Origin: an uncultured Clostridium sp.
GTDB lineage: Bacteria; Bacillota; Clostridia; TANB77; CAG-508
Direction of reading: 5' to 3'
DNA length: 64,000 nt
Assembly (NCBI GenBank): GCA_947573555.1
Contig: CANPFO010000001.1
Span: forward strand, 11,264-75,263
The translations under genes and the position numbers were made by a program. Positions 31,048 to 41,864 of the stretch are shown here, one piece after another (positions within the stretch are counted from its first letter, which is position 1; each line of letters starts with the position of its first letter). The notes beneath the pieces are model-generated. The model saw only the letters and a program-made list of their open reading frames with translations, ran no database searches and had not been told where the DNA came from.

Positions 31048-31968
31048 TTATACTTTTAAATATTTTCTCATAGAAATTACACTTCCAAAAGCTCCTATAC
31101 CAATTCCTAATAACATATATACTAATATTATAGAAGAACTCATATTTGTAAAGCTTAATAAGCTCATTCCTATTTTTATCATAAGTGATGAATTAACAGC
31201 TTGCTCAGCTAATATATTATAAACTCCTCCTACTATTATAATTGAAATAATACTTGCTAATACTCCTATTATCATACCTTCAACTATAAATGGCCATCTA
31301 ATAAAATTATTAGTTGCTCCTACATACTTCATTATAGAAATTTCTTTTCTTCTTGCATGTACTGTCAATTTTATTGTATTTGATATTATAAATATCGAAA
31401 TAACTATCAATAATATCAATATAGCCGCTGTAATTATTCTTATAACATTCGCTAATTTCAATAATATTACTACTGTTTCATCTCTACTTGTTATTTTCTT
31501 AATATTCTCGAACTGTAATATCTGACCTTGAACATCTTTACTTAAATTCAAATCGGTTAATGTTACTATATAAGATGTTGAAAAATATTCATATCCAAAT
31601 CCTTCTACCAAATATGATTGGTCTCCAAATCTCTCTTTTACAACATTTAATGCATATTCTTTATCTTTAAACTCTACTGTACTAACACCATTTAAAGCTC
31701 TTATCTTATCACCAGCTTCTTGAATTTCTTCTTCTGTTGCATCTGTTGTTAAAAAAACTTGAAAACCTTGTTCTGATTTTATATCGTCTACAAAATGATT
31801 TATATTTTGTGAAAGTATTAAAAATATTCCAAATATTATCATAGTAGCACACATTATCATTAATGAAGCACCTGTTGATTTCTTATTTTTTAATACATTT
31901 CCAAATCCTTCTCCAATTAAATATCCAAATATATTATATTTCACAATCATACCCACCTTTTTTATCAT
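31048..31968 (-). CDS. ftsX: Cell-division ABC transporter permease FtsX
   Basis: 306 aa with 4 TM segments, a large extracellular loop and the FtsX fold. Confidence 0.85.
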   Translation of the reverse strand: MIKKVGMIVKYNIFGYLIGEGFGNVLKNKKSTGASLMIMCATMIIFGIFLILSQNINHFVDDIKSEQGFQVFLTTDATEEEIQEAGDKIRALNGVSTVEFKDKEYALNVVKERFGDQSYLVEGFGYEYFSTSYIVTLTDLNLSKDVQGQILQFENIKKITSRDETVVILLKLANVIRIITAAILILLIVISIFIISNTIKLTVHARRKEISIMKYVGATNNFIRWPFIVEGMIIGVLASIISIIIVGGVYNILAEQAVNSSLMIKIGMSLLSFTNMSSSIILVYMLLGIGIGAFGSVISMRKYLKV

Positions 31969-32620
31969 CTCTTACAATGTCGCCTTTTTCTATGTGTATT
32001 ACTCTCTTTTTCATTTTATCAACTATATCTTTGGCATGTGTTGCAACAACAACTGTTGTCCCTCTCATATTTATCTCATTTAACAAATTCATTATTTCCC
32101 AAGCCGTATCTGGATCTAGATTTCCTGTTGGCTCATCTGCAATTAGCATAGATGGATTATTTACTAAAGCTCTCGCTAAAGCAACTCTCTGTTGCTCCCC
32201 TCCTGATAACTCATTTGGATACATTTTAGCCTTTCCACTTAAACCTACAAGTGACAAAACCATTGGAACTTGTCTCCTTATATGTCTTGGTGTAGCTCTA
32301 ACTATGTACATAGCATATGCTACATTATCATATACTGTTTTGTCTGGCAATAATCTAAAGTCTTGAAATACTACTCCCATACTTCTTCTTAAATATGGTA
32401 CTCTATTTTGTTTTAGAAATGTTGTATCTTTTCCATTTACAATTATATTTCCTGATGATGGTTCTTCTTCTTTCAATATTAGTTTTATTAATGTTGACTT
32501 TCCACTTCCTGATGAACCTACTAAAAACGCAAATTCGCCCTTATCTATTACAAAATTCGCATTTTTTACTGCATTAGTACCTGTATCATATGTTTTTGAT
32601 ACATTTCTAAATTCTATCAT
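31934..32620 (-). CDS. ftsE: Cell-division ABC transporter ATPase FtsE
   Basis: GSSGSGKST, LSGGEQQRVALAR, LIADEPTGNLD. Confidence 0.9.
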   Translation of the reverse strand: MIEFRNVSKTYDTGTNAVKNANFVIDKGEFAFLVGSSGSGKSTLIKLILKEEEPSSGNIIVNGKDTTFLKQNRVPYLRRSMGVVFQDFRLLPDKTVYDNVAYAMYIVRATPRHIRRQVPMVLSLVGLSGKAKMYPNELSGGEQQRVALARALVNNPSMLIADEPTGNLDPDTAWEIMNLLNEINMRGTTVVVATHAKDIVDKMKKRVIHIEKGDIVRDDKKGGYDCEI

Positions 32621-32770
32621 TTTTATTTCTTCCTTTCGATATTTTATTTACCAATTTTACAAAATATTATTTTATATCAATATAAATCGACCTTTTTATT
32701 CATTTAAATGATATCAATAATCAACATCTTTTGCAATACTTTTCACAAAAAATTCACTAGAAATTTTTTA

Positions 32771-33595
32771 CAATTGAGACAGTTGGGACAGGTTTTGTTT
32801 GTCTCACTTTTCTTGTCGGTTTTTGTCACTTTTTATGTAAGGTTTTGCTTTACTTCCTTATTATACTAGACACCACACTACTGTTGAATTTTGATAAATG
32901 GGAGGACATTCCTTGCAATCATTTTAAATAGGGACTAATGAACACCTACCTCCAAATGTGTTAATACGATATTCCCATTTTTAATCCATATTTGTCCAAC
33001 CTTTTATTATATAAAATATATATGGTAATGCTTGATTGGAATGAAAAATAGAAGTTGTTATATAAGAAGTTGAGGAATGTTCACGGGAAAAAGCTATATT
33101 ATATTCCTTTTTCATTTCACAACTCGGCTTCCTACATAGATTAGAAGTTCTAAATCAAATTAATCAGCGCCCTCGTGAAGCGAGATTCCCTAATTAATTT
33201 GATTAAGAACTTCTACATCTATTCCAGGGCACATTCGTTGTTCAATTTAAAAGGAATATAATATAGCTTTTTAGCCTGAGTGAAAGAGGCTCTGACTTCT
33301 TATATTACAACTTCTTTTTGAGTGCAATGAACAAATTACCATATATATTTTATATAATAAAAGGTTGGACAAATATGGATTAAAAATGGGAATATCGTAT
33401 TAACACATTTGGAGGTAGGTGTTCATTAGTCCCTATTTAAAATGATTGCAAGGAATGTCCTCCCATTTATCAAAATTCAACAGTAGTGTGGTGTCTAGTA
33501 TAATAAGGAAGTAAAGCAAAACCTTACATAAAAAGTGACAAAAACCGACAAGAAAAGTGAGACAAACAAAACCTGTCCCAACTGTCTCAAAATTG
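32771..33595. repeat. Composite palindromic element, copy B: ~255-bp perfect inverted arms flanking a ~330-bp core of the same family as copies A and C
   Basis: 32774-33007 is the exact reverse complement of 33341-33590 (my base-by-base comparison). The core matches copy C in reverse orientation. The arms end in a 'tgagaca...tgtctca' unit. Confidence 0.75.
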
Positions 33596-34510
33596 TTTTA
33601 CAATATCTTTACTTGTAATTTCAAAATATTCCATTAATTTTTCAGCTTTTCCAGACTTTCCAAAAGTATCCTTTACGCCTAATCTTATTAATCTAGCAGG
33701 ATATTCTTCTGTTAAAACTTCTGAAATAGCAGCTCCCAATCCACCTATAATATTATGGTCTTCTATTGAGATTAATTTATTTGTTTCCTTTGCACAATTT
33801 ATAATTTCTTCTTTATCAATTGGTTTAATAGTATGAATATCAACTACTCTAACATTAATGCCTTTATTTTTTAATTCTTCTTGTGCTTTTAATGCTTCTG
33901 ATACTGTAACACCAGTTGCAAATATTGTTCCGTCTTTTCCTTCTCCTATTTGAACTGATTTACCTATTTGAAATTTTTGATTTTCATCATATATAATAGG
34001 TGTTTCTAGCCTTGACAATCTTAAGTAAACAGGTCCTTCTATCTTACTTATTTCTTTTACAGCCCATTTAGTTTGTATATCATCAGATGTAGATATAACT
34101 GTCATATTAGGAAGTGTTCTCATTAAAGATAAGTCTTCTATCATTTGATGTGTTGCTCCATCTTCTCCTACTGTTATTCCTGCATGTGTAGCACAAATTT
34201 TAACATTTAGATTTGGATAGCATACACTATTTCTAATTTGGTCATAAGCGCGTCCTGCTGCAAAAATGGCAAATGTACTGGCATATGGTATTTTTGCACA
34301 TGTAGATATTCCTGCTGCTGTAGAAATCATATTTTGTTCAGCAATTCCCATATCAAAAAATCTATTTGGAAATTCTTTTGCAAATAAATTTGTTTTGGTT
34401 GCAGATGATAAGTCTGCATCAAAAACTACAATTTTGTCATTTTCTTTTCCTAATTCTAATAAGGCTTCTCCATAACTTTGCCTTGTTGCTTTTTTGTTTT
34501 TTATATCCAT
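33587..34510 (-). CDS. Transketolase, C-terminal subunit
   Basis: 307 aa with the transketolase pyrimidine-binding and C-terminal domains (GEDGATHQ). The TGA stop codon lies inside the terminal palindrome of element B. Confidence 0.85.
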   Translation of the reverse strand: MDIKNKKATRQSYGEALLELGKENDKIVVFDADLSSATKTNLFAKEFPNRFFDMGIAEQNMISTAAGISTCAKIPYASTFAIFAAGRAYDQIRNSVCYPNLNVKICATHAGITVGEDGATHQMIEDLSLMRTLPNMTVISTSDDIQTKWAVKEISKIEGPVYLRLSRLETPIIYDENQKFQIGKSVQIGEGKDGTIFATGVTVSEALKAQEELKNKGINVRVVDIHTIKPIDKEEIINCAKETNKLISIEDHNIIGGLGAAISEVLTEEYPARLIRLGVKDTFGKSGKAEKLMEYFEITSKDIVKQF

Positions 34511-34525
34511 TATTCATTTCTCCTT

Positions 34526-35464
34526 CTATAATTTACAACTTCCTATAATACCAGCATCATTTCCAAGTTTAGCAGGATATATTTTTAATTCATTTCTTTT
34601 GTTATATAAGTAATTTTTTATTAAAATATTCTCCCTTAATTTTGGAATTAATATATCAGAGAAATACACAAAACTTCCTCCTATACCTATAACTTCTGGT
34701 TCAAATATATCTATTAAATTTGATATTCCTATACTTAAATATTCTATAAATTCTCCTATTACATTATTTATTATTTCATTTTGTGGATTTTTTTTAATTA
34801 TTTCTAATAGTTCTGCTCCTCTTGTTGTTGAATCTAAATTTAATGCTTTCCTTAAATTATCTTTAAATACTTTCATTGATGCATATTTTTCAAAACATCC
34901 ATTTTTTCCGCAATTACATTTAGAGCCATCTTTTTGAATTATCATATGCCCAAATTCACACCCTGGTAAATTTCCTGTGTACAATAATTCTCCATTAATT
35001 ATAGCTGCTCCACCTATGCCTGTACCTAATGTTAAAAATATTGCTCTTTTATATCCTTTTAAACATCCAATTTTGCTCTCTGCAATAGCTGCACTTTTTG
35101 CATCATTCCTCATATTTATAGGTATATCAATTTGTTTATTTAGATTATTAACAATTTCATAATTTTCAAGACCTAAATTTACAGCATTTATTATTGTTCC
35201 CTCAAAGACTGTTCCTGGTACAGAAATACCAATTTCTGCTATATCATATTTTTTTCTTAATTCATTTGCATTTTCTATTATATACTTTTCTATTACATTT
35301 TTTATATCTTTCTTTTCTTCAGCCATAAGTCTTTTTTCTACTTTTTCTACAATAGCATTTGTATTATCTATAACACCTATTGCAATATGGCTTCCACCTA
35401 TATCAATACCAATTTTCATATCATTCTCCAACAAATAGATTTTAAGTCCTTCTCCCAACGCCAC
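34526..35464 (-). CDS. ROK-family sugar kinase (glucokinase-like)
   Basis: IGIDIGGSHI, zinc motif CNCGKNGCFE, and GIGG; ROK fold. Confidence 0.8.
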   Translation of the reverse strand: MALGEGLKIYLLENDMKIGIDIGGSHIAIGVIDNTNAIVEKVEKRLMAEEKKDIKNVIEKYIIENANELRKKYDIAEIGISVPGTVFEGTIINAVNLGLENYEIVNNLNKQIDIPINMRNDAKSAAIAESKIGCLKGYKRAIFLTLGTGIGGAAIINGELLYTGNLPGCEFGHMIIQKDGSKCNCGKNGCFEKYASMKVFKDNLRKALNLDSTTRGAELLEIIKKNPQNEIINNVIGEFIEYLSIGISNLIDIFEPEVIGIGGSFVYFSDILIPKLRENILIKNYLYNKRNELKIYPAKLGNDAGIIGSCKL

Positions 35465-35495
35465 TTAAGTTAAGATTATAACAATTATCCTTTTT

Positions 35496-36836
35496 TTATA
35501 ATCCTGCTGCTGAGAATAGGAATCCTCCCATATATACATCAATACATGGTGCTAATACTACTAATACGAAGAATATTAAAACAATTCCTACTATTAAATA
35601 TGTAACCTCAGGCAATATTTTAACAATTTTTGTCATAATATTATCAATATCAATTTCCATATATTCAACTAATTTAGCCATCATTTCTGTCAAATCTGTT
35701 TGCATACCTATTTTTAGCATTTCTGTTACCATTGGCTTTGGCAACCCAGACCTTTCGAAAGGTTCAATCCAAGATTCTCCTATCAATATATTGTTTATTG
35801 ATGTTTCAATTATTGAAAGCATAACATAGTTGTTTATAACATTTTTACTAACTTCAATAGCTTCTTGAATTCTCATTCCATTTTCAAGATTTAATAACAT
35901 TGCTTTCAAAAATCTAGAAAAGTCTAAAGCAAATATTAATGAACCAAATATTGGCATTTTATACTTAAAGTAATGAAAATTATATTTTCCTTTAGGAGTA
36001 TTAATATAAAATATTATTCCTACAATTACTGCAATTATAATAGGTATTGGTATATACCAATATTTCATAAGATTGTTTACTACCCCTTGAAACCATAGTG
36101 TTACTGGTGGCAAAGTATCTGTCGACCCCATTTCATTATATACATTTTGAATTGCAGGTATTGCTACAAGAGTTCCTACAAAAAGCATTACTAATAATAA
36201 AGCAAATTGTGTTATATTTGGTACTAATATACTTCTTATTTTTTTATTTAATGCTTCTGTTGAATCTAAATATTTTACAGCTTGTTCTAATGAATTTGTA
36301 AGAGAACCCGATAATTCTCCTACTTTAATCATATTTATATATATAAATGGAAATATATCTGAATAATATTCCATTGTTGTATACATATTTTCACCAGCTT
36401 CAACTCCTGCTAAAATATCTTCTAATACTCCTTTAAATGTATAATTTTCTGTACTCTCCATTATTGTTCTTAATGCATGTATATTATTAAAATTTGCCTT
36501 TTTCAATAAATAAAAGTTTTGTGTAAATATAACAACATCTCTAGTAGTTACTCTTTCAGTTTTTGATAAATACATATTTATCTTTTCTTTAGTAGTTGAT
36601 GTCTTTTTCGTATTTATCTGTGTTGTATTCACATTTTTCATTATTTCTTCTATATCTTTTACATTTTTTTTCTTAGTTCTCTTTCTTTTTGCAGAATAGG
36701 CAACTTGTTCTATTGTAATTGGCATTAAATCATTTTCTTTTAGCATTCTTAATAAGTTTTGCTTACTTCCCGCTTCAACTCTATTTCTTACAATTAACCC
36801 AGAACTTGTTACTGCTCTATACATATATGTAGGCAT
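35496..36836 (-). CDS. pilC: Type IV pilus assembly platform protein PilC (GspF family)
   Basis: Two GspF repeats and 3 TM segments. Confidence 0.85.
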   Translation of the reverse strand: MPTYMYRAVTSSGLIVRNRVEAGSKQNLLRMLKENDLMPITIEQVAYSAKRKRTKKKNVKDIEEIMKNVNTTQINTKKTSTTKEKINMYLSKTERVTTRDVVIFTQNFYLLKKANFNNIHALRTIMESTENYTFKGVLEDILAGVEAGENMYTTMEYYSDIFPFIYINMIKVGELSGSLTNSLEQAVKYLDSTEALNKKIRSILVPNITQFALLLVMLFVGTLVAIPAIQNVYNEMGSTDTLPPVTLWFQGVVNNLMKYWYIPIPIIIAVIVGIIFYINTPKGKYNFHYFKYKMPIFGSLIFALDFSRFLKAMLLNLENGMRIQEAIEVSKNVINNYVMLSIIETSINNILIGESWIEPFERSGLPKPMVTEMLKIGMQTDLTEMMAKLVEYMEIDIDNIMTKIVKILPEVTYLIVGIVLIFFVLVVLAPCIDVYMGGFLFSAAGL

Positions 36837-36852
36837 TTATTACACCTCCTTG

Positions 36853-37956
36853 TTACATTCTATTGCTATCCCTTTTTATTTTCATTTGCATTATTGTTCT
36901 ATTTAATATTTCTATATTTTTCTCTTCAATTTGCCCTTTAGCTTGTTCTAATGTTATTTTATCATCAACAAATAATTTAGCTATTGAATTTATTAATCCA
37001 ATACTTCCTTTATCAGAGCTTTGAATTGCATCTTCTATTTCAGATACACTTATTTTTTCTTTTCTTATAATTCCTGCAACTATATTATCTACAACCATTA
37101 CTTCTGGAACTAATACTAATTTTCCATCTCTTCCCTTTAATAGTCTTTGTGACACAACTAATTTTAATAATGCAGATAATAAATATTTTATACTTGCTTG
37201 ATCTCTAACTTCATAAAAATTTATCATTCTATCTATTGTTTCAGCACAAGATTTTGTATGTAGTGTTCCTATAACTAAATGTCCTGATTCTGCCATTTCT
37301 ATTGCAGCTTCCATAGTTACTTTATCTCTAATTTCTCCTATTACTAGAATATCACAGTCTTCTCTTAATGAATTTTTAACACCATCACTAAATGTTAAAG
37401 AATCTCTTCCTTTTCCAATTTCTTTTTGTACTATTAAAGATTTTTTAGAACTATGTTTAAATTCTACTGGATTTTCTAGTGTCAATATTTTTTTATTCTG
37501 TGATTCATTTATTTCATTTACTAAAGCATTTAGTGTTGTACTTTTACCAGAGTTTGTCTTTCCTGTTACTAATATTAATCCTTGTGGTTGATATGTCATT
37601 CTTCTTATAATATCTGGTAATCCTAAAGATTCATAAGGTGGTAAAGTATTTTTTATAAGTCTTAATGTACAAAGTGGAACATCATCAGATAATGATATAT
37701 TTACTCTTAAACGTATTCCCTTATATTCATATGATGTATCTAACTTTCTTGTTGTATTAAATATTTCATCTTTATCAACATTTCCTCTAACCAAATAATC
37801 ATACATTTCGTTCATATCACTTGGAGTTAGAATATCCATTTCTTCAATTTCTTTTAATTCTCTTGAAATTCTAAGTATTGGCTTATTTCCTGCTATTAAA
37901 TGTACATCTGATGCATCTCTTTCCATTGCTTCATCTAAAATTTTATCCATATTCAT
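36853..37956 (-). CDS. pilT: Type IV pilus retraction ATPase PilT
   Basis: Walker A GKTNSGKSTT, a His box and ~367 aa, typical of PilT. Confidence 0.85.
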   Translation of the reverse strand: MNMDKILDEAMERDASDVHLIAGNKPILRISRELKEIEEMDILTPSDMNEMYDYLVRGNVDKDEIFNTTRKLDTSYEYKGIRLRVNISLSDDVPLCTLRLIKNTLPPYESLGLPDIIRRMTYQPQGLILVTGKTNSGKSTTLNALVNEINESQNKKILTLENPVEFKHSSKKSLIVQKEIGKGRDSLTFSDGVKNSLREDCDILVIGEIRDKVTMEAAIEMAESGHLVIGTLHTKSCAETIDRMINFYEVRDQASIKYLLSALLKLVVSQRLLKGRDGKLVLVPEVMVVDNIVAGIIRKEKISVSEIEDAIQSSDKGSIGLINSIAKLFVDDKITLEQAKGQIEEKNIEILNRTIMQMKIKRDSNRM

Positions 37957-37985
37957 GGCAAATTCCCCTTCCTCTTTATAACCTT

Positions 37986-39623
37986 TTAAAATATAATAAG
38001 TTGTTTATTTAATTCTTCTAATGTTGTTTCTCCTTTTAATACTTTATGTATTCCATCAATTATTAATGGTCTATAACTTTGTTCTAATGCTCTATTTCTT
38101 ATTTCAATTGTTGATGCATCTTTTATTATAAGTTCTTTTATTTCATCTGAAATATCCAATACTTCAAAAATACCAATTCTTCCATAATATCCGATATTAT
38201 TGCATTTTGGGCACCCTATAGCATCATATGTTTTCAAATTGCTTAAATCTATCTTTTCACCATATTTTTCAACAAGTTTAGAAATTATATCTTTTTCTTG
38301 CACAGTAAATTCTCTTTCTCTTCTACAATATGGACAAACTCTTCTTACCAATCTTTGTGATACAGTAGTTGCAAGTGTACTTGCTATATCATAATTTGAT
38401 ACTCCCATCTTTCTCATTCTATTAATTACTTCTATTGCATCTATTGTGTGTATTGTTGATAGCACATAATGTCCAGTTTGTCCTGCCTGTATAGCAATTT
38501 CAGCAGTTTCCTGATCACGAATTTCTCCTAGTAAAATCATATCTGGGTCTTGTCTTAAAACCGTTCTTAATGCCCCTGAAAATGTTGATTTACTTCCTAT
38601 TTCTATTTGATTTAATCCATTTATTCTAATTTCAACTGGGTCTTCAATCGTTGTAATATTTATTTCTGGAGAATTTAAATAGTCAATTATACTATATAAT
38701 GTAGTTGTTTTTCCTGCACCAGTTGGGGCAGCAATTATAGTTATACTATTTTTCTTATTAAAACTCTTTTTTAAATCCTCTTCTGTTCCAGGATATCCTA
38801 AATCAAAAATATTTTTAATATCTTCATTTTTCTTTAATAATCTTAAAACAAATTTTTCTCCATATATATTAGGTTGTGAAGAAACACGAATATTATAATC
38901 ATCATATATTACAATTCTACCATCTTGAGACTCTTGTTTTTCTTGATGCATATTTGATATTGCTTTTAGTCTTCCTATTATTTGAGTTTGCTTTTCTTTT
39001 GACAATTTTGCTGCTGTTATTAATTCACCATCAATTCTATATCTTACTCTTATTTCATCTGATAAAGGTTCTATATGTATGTCACTAGCTCTTTTTTCCA
39101 TTCCTGTTTTTATTATACTATCTATTAATTCAATCATATTTCCAGTTGATGTAGTTTGAGCTATATCTCTTGACATACCATTTTCTAATGTAGATAATAT
39201 TCTTTCTATATCATTTTCAAAAGTTATGTACTGTTCCATAACCAATCCTTTATTCAAAAGCAACATTTTAACAGAATCTATCTTTCCATTTATTGTTTTA
39301 TCTGTAAAACAAACTTTTATTTTACCCCCATTGACTTCAAAAGGTATACATTTATTTTTTCTACAAATCTCTAAAGAAAGATATTCTGTAGGATTTACTC
39401 TTAAAGAATCTTTTGTAAGTAAAACTCCTTTTTCTCCTATTATATCTCCTATATTTTCTATTAATTTTTCACTATCGCATACATTTAAGATATGTAGTAT
39501 ATCTCCTAATTTTGTACTAGGATGTTCCCTTTGATATTCCAAAGCTTTTTCTATATCACCTTGAGTTATTACTCCTCTTTTTACTAGTTCAACACCTATT
39601 GGTAATCTTCTTTTCATTTCCAT
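37986..39623 (-). CDS. pilB: Type IV pilus assembly ATPase PilB (GspE family)
   Basis: N-terminal GSPII domain, Walker A GPTGAGKTTT, and a tetracysteine motif (CPYC...CPKC). Confidence 0.85.
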   Translation of the reverse strand: MEMKRRLPIGVELVKRGVITQGDIEKALEYQREHPSTKLGDILHILNVCDSEKLIENIGDIIGEKGVLLTKDSLRVNPTEYLSLEICRKNKCIPFEVNGGKIKVCFTDKTINGKIDSVKMLLLNKGLVMEQYITFENDIERILSTLENGMSRDIAQTTSTGNMIELIDSIIKTGMEKRASDIHIEPLSDEIRVRYRIDGELITAAKLSKEKQTQIIGRLKAISNMHQEKQESQDGRIVIYDDYNIRVSSQPNIYGEKFVLRLLKKNEDIKNIFDLGYPGTEEDLKKSFNKKNSITIIAAPTGAGKTTTLYSIIDYLNSPEINITTIEDPVEIRINGLNQIEIGSKSTFSGALRTVLRQDPDMILLGEIRDQETAEIAIQAGQTGHYVLSTIHTIDAIEVINRMRKMGVSNYDIASTLATTVSQRLVRRVCPYCRREREFTVQEKDIISKLVEKYGEKIDLSNLKTYDAIGCPKCNNIGYYGRIGIFEVLDISDEIKELIIKDASTIEIRNRALEQSYRPLIIDGIHKVLKGETTLEELNKQLIIF

Positions 39624-39752
39624 AATAAACGCATCCTTTCTTATACTACTCTTTTTAATTATACTATATTATTTAACAATTTTGTCGAAATTCAAAAAAT
39701 TACTAAAATTTACTATTTCTCTAATTCTACATTAATCTTTTAAAATAACTAA

Positions 39753-40259
39753 CTAAAGGTAATATACAATAGCATTATCTCCAGTCATGTCAACACTCTT
39801 TGTTCTAAAATTAACTTTTATTATATATTTAGAATCTCTATAAACATATGAAAAGTCACAATCATCAATATATTCACAAATTTTCACATTATTTTTATAT
39901 ACACAACCGTTTTCACTTGTATATGTATACTGATTTCCACTTGAAAAAATAATATAACTTTGCTTTATGCCATTTTCCATTTTAGTTTTACAATCTATTA
40001 TATAATTATCTTTATTGTTAATTTCCTCTAAAAATGTACTAGAAAACTTTGTATACTGACTTGTAGTATCCTTTTGTATTTCATCCTGATTTATATTCTT
40101 ATAAAAGAATGACGTTAAATTAGCTATTGTTCCTACAACTATTAACATTCCAATAACATAAACAATTACAGACGTTAGAGTTATTCCCTTATTACCTCTC
40201 ATATTTTTACTCCTTCGTAATATATGTCGAAAATATAACATTACTTTCTTTATTTTCAA
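39753..40259 (-). CDS. Pseudopilin/minor pilin-like protein
   Basis: N-terminal KGITLTSVIVYVIGMLIVVG hydrophobic helix of prepilin type (lacks Glu+5). Confidence 0.45.
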   Translation of the reverse strand: MKIKKVMLYFRHILRRSKNMRGNKGITLTSVIVYVIGMLIVVGTIANLTSFFYKNINQDEIQKDTTSQYTKFSSTFLEEINNKDNYIIDCKTKMENGIKQSYIIFSSGNQYTYTSENGCVYKNNVKICEYIDDCDFSYVYRDSKYIIKVNFRTKSVDMTGDNAIVYYL

Positions 40260-40647
40260 TCTTATAAGAAATTTCCACAGTAACTTCCTTTAATATATCC
40301 TGTTGTTTTGTATTATCCTTCTTTATTAATACATAATCCCTAATTACAATTTTCTTATGATAACCAGAAAAAAAATCATTTTGAAATATATCTTCTTCAA
40401 CTATATATTCATCTTGTACTCCTTTACCTATATATGGTATTATGCCTTGAGCTTTAATCTTTTCAATCTCTTGTACTGCATATGATGTAGCAATCAATTT
40501 TCGTTCTGCCCTTTTTGAATTCAGATTTATATTTATCACTAAATTACCTATCATTGCTATAAATATAGTAATTACTATTATAGAAATAGCAATATCTACA
40601 CCTGTAAAACCATTTTCTTCCTTAATACGCATATTTTTCCCATCCAA
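40207..40647 (-). CDS. Pseudopilin/minor pilin-like protein
   Basis: NGFTGVDIAISIIVITIFIAMIG prepilin-like N-terminus. Confidence 0.45.
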   Translation of the reverse strand: MDGKNMRIKEENGFTGVDIAISIIVITIFIAMIGNLVININLNSKRAERKLIATSYAVQEIEKIKAQGIIPYIGKGVQDEYIVEEDIFQNDFFSGYHKKIVIRDYVLIKKDNTKQQDILKEVTVEISYKIENKESNVIFSTYITKE

Positions 40648-40667
40648 TTCCTTTTTTCATTATTATC

Positions 40668-41477
40668 CTAATTAATACTATAGTAAAATAAAGTGATGAG
40701 CATAAAATACAATATATTAAATAAGCACAAATAAAATCCAACTTTTAGCTCTACATTATATTGCTTATCACTCTTCATATTTTTACAATTCCTTAACTTC
40801 TTTTCAAGCAACCAAATTGAAATTAATATTAACGTCATTATTATACTACTTACAGTAATATATTCCCCTGTAAATATACTCATTATAATAATAAGTATCA
40901 ATATTGAATATGTATAATTATTTTTCGCACATTTTTTTAAAGATATTGTATCTATTAGCAAAAGTAGCATTAATAATATTAAGTATATAACATATCTATA
41001 TATACTAGTGTTTTCTATTATGTATAGATATATTATATACATAATTGAAATTATAACTCCATACATTAACACTGGCTTATTTATTGACTTTCTTTCCTTA
41101 TCTATTCCTGCTACTAATATTATAAAAGTAAAATATAATATCAAAAAAGCATATTCTACTGTTTTTATAGAGTAGCAATTGTAAATATTCAATTTCATTA
41201 AATACGCTAATAAAACAAAAAATATTCCTGAAATTATTTCTAATATCAAATACCTTGGTCTAATTTTTTGTTTACAGTATCCACATCTTCCTCCCAAGAA
41301 TATATAGCTAAATACTGGTATTAAATCTAAAATTCCCAATTTATGATTACAGTTTGGACAATATGAATGTGTATGCGTTATATCTTCTCCTTTTGGAATT
41401 CTATGTATTGCTAATGTATAAAAACTTCCAAAAGTTATTCCCATAATAAAAATTATTACATAAAAAAATATATCCAT
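40668..41477 (-). CDS. pilD: Prepilin peptidase (A24 family) PilD
   Basis: N-terminal CPNC...CGYC zinc-binding box and a polytopic membrane body. Confidence 0.85.
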   Translation of the reverse strand: MDIFFYVIIFIMGITFGSFYTLAIHRIPKGEDITHTHSYCPNCNHKLGILDLIPVFSYIFLGGRCGYCKQKIRPRYLILEIISGIFFVLLAYLMKLNIYNCYSIKTVEYAFLILYFTFIILVAGIDKERKSINKPVLMYGVIISIMYIIYLYIIENTSIYRYVIYLILLMLLLLIDTISLKKCAKNNYTYSILILIIIMSIFTGEYITVSSIIMTLILISIWLLEKKLRNCKNMKSDKQYNVELKVGFYLCLFNILYFMLITLFYYSIN

Positions 41478-41564
41478 TATTATTCCCTTCGCAATCTTGT
41501 TTTATAAAAGGCATATACACTAATAATGCATATGCCTATTTATATCTGATAAATCATTTAAAAA

Positions 41565-41786
41565 TTATTTTGTTCCATTTGTTAAATAATTATCCATCCA
41601 TTTTTCATAATCTTGTAATGTTGAATTTTCTTTATTTTGTGAATCACCATATTCTTTTTCTGCTTTTCTAGCATTATCAAATAGTCCACTTCCACTTAAA
41701 GATGCTATAGATATACCAGCTAATATTAATAATATAATTATTGTTATAACTAACGCAACTAATGTGATACCTTTTTGTTGTCTCAT
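41565..41786 (-). CDS. Short pilin-like protein (73 aa) with prepilin-type N-terminus; N-terminal 35 aa nearly identical to the 56921-57847 protein
   Basis: MRQQKGITLVALVITIIILLILAGISIASL. Its own terminator-like hairpin lies downstream at 41500-41545. Confidence 0.5.
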   Translation of the reverse strand: MRQQKGITLVALVITIIILLILAGISIASLSGSGLFDNARKAEKEYGDSQNKENSTLQDYEKWMDNYLTNGTK

Positions 41787-41864
41787 TGTTTTCCCTCCTT
41801 TTTCTTTCGATATAATATATATATACTATATTTATAAAAATAAATATAATGTTAATAACTAATA

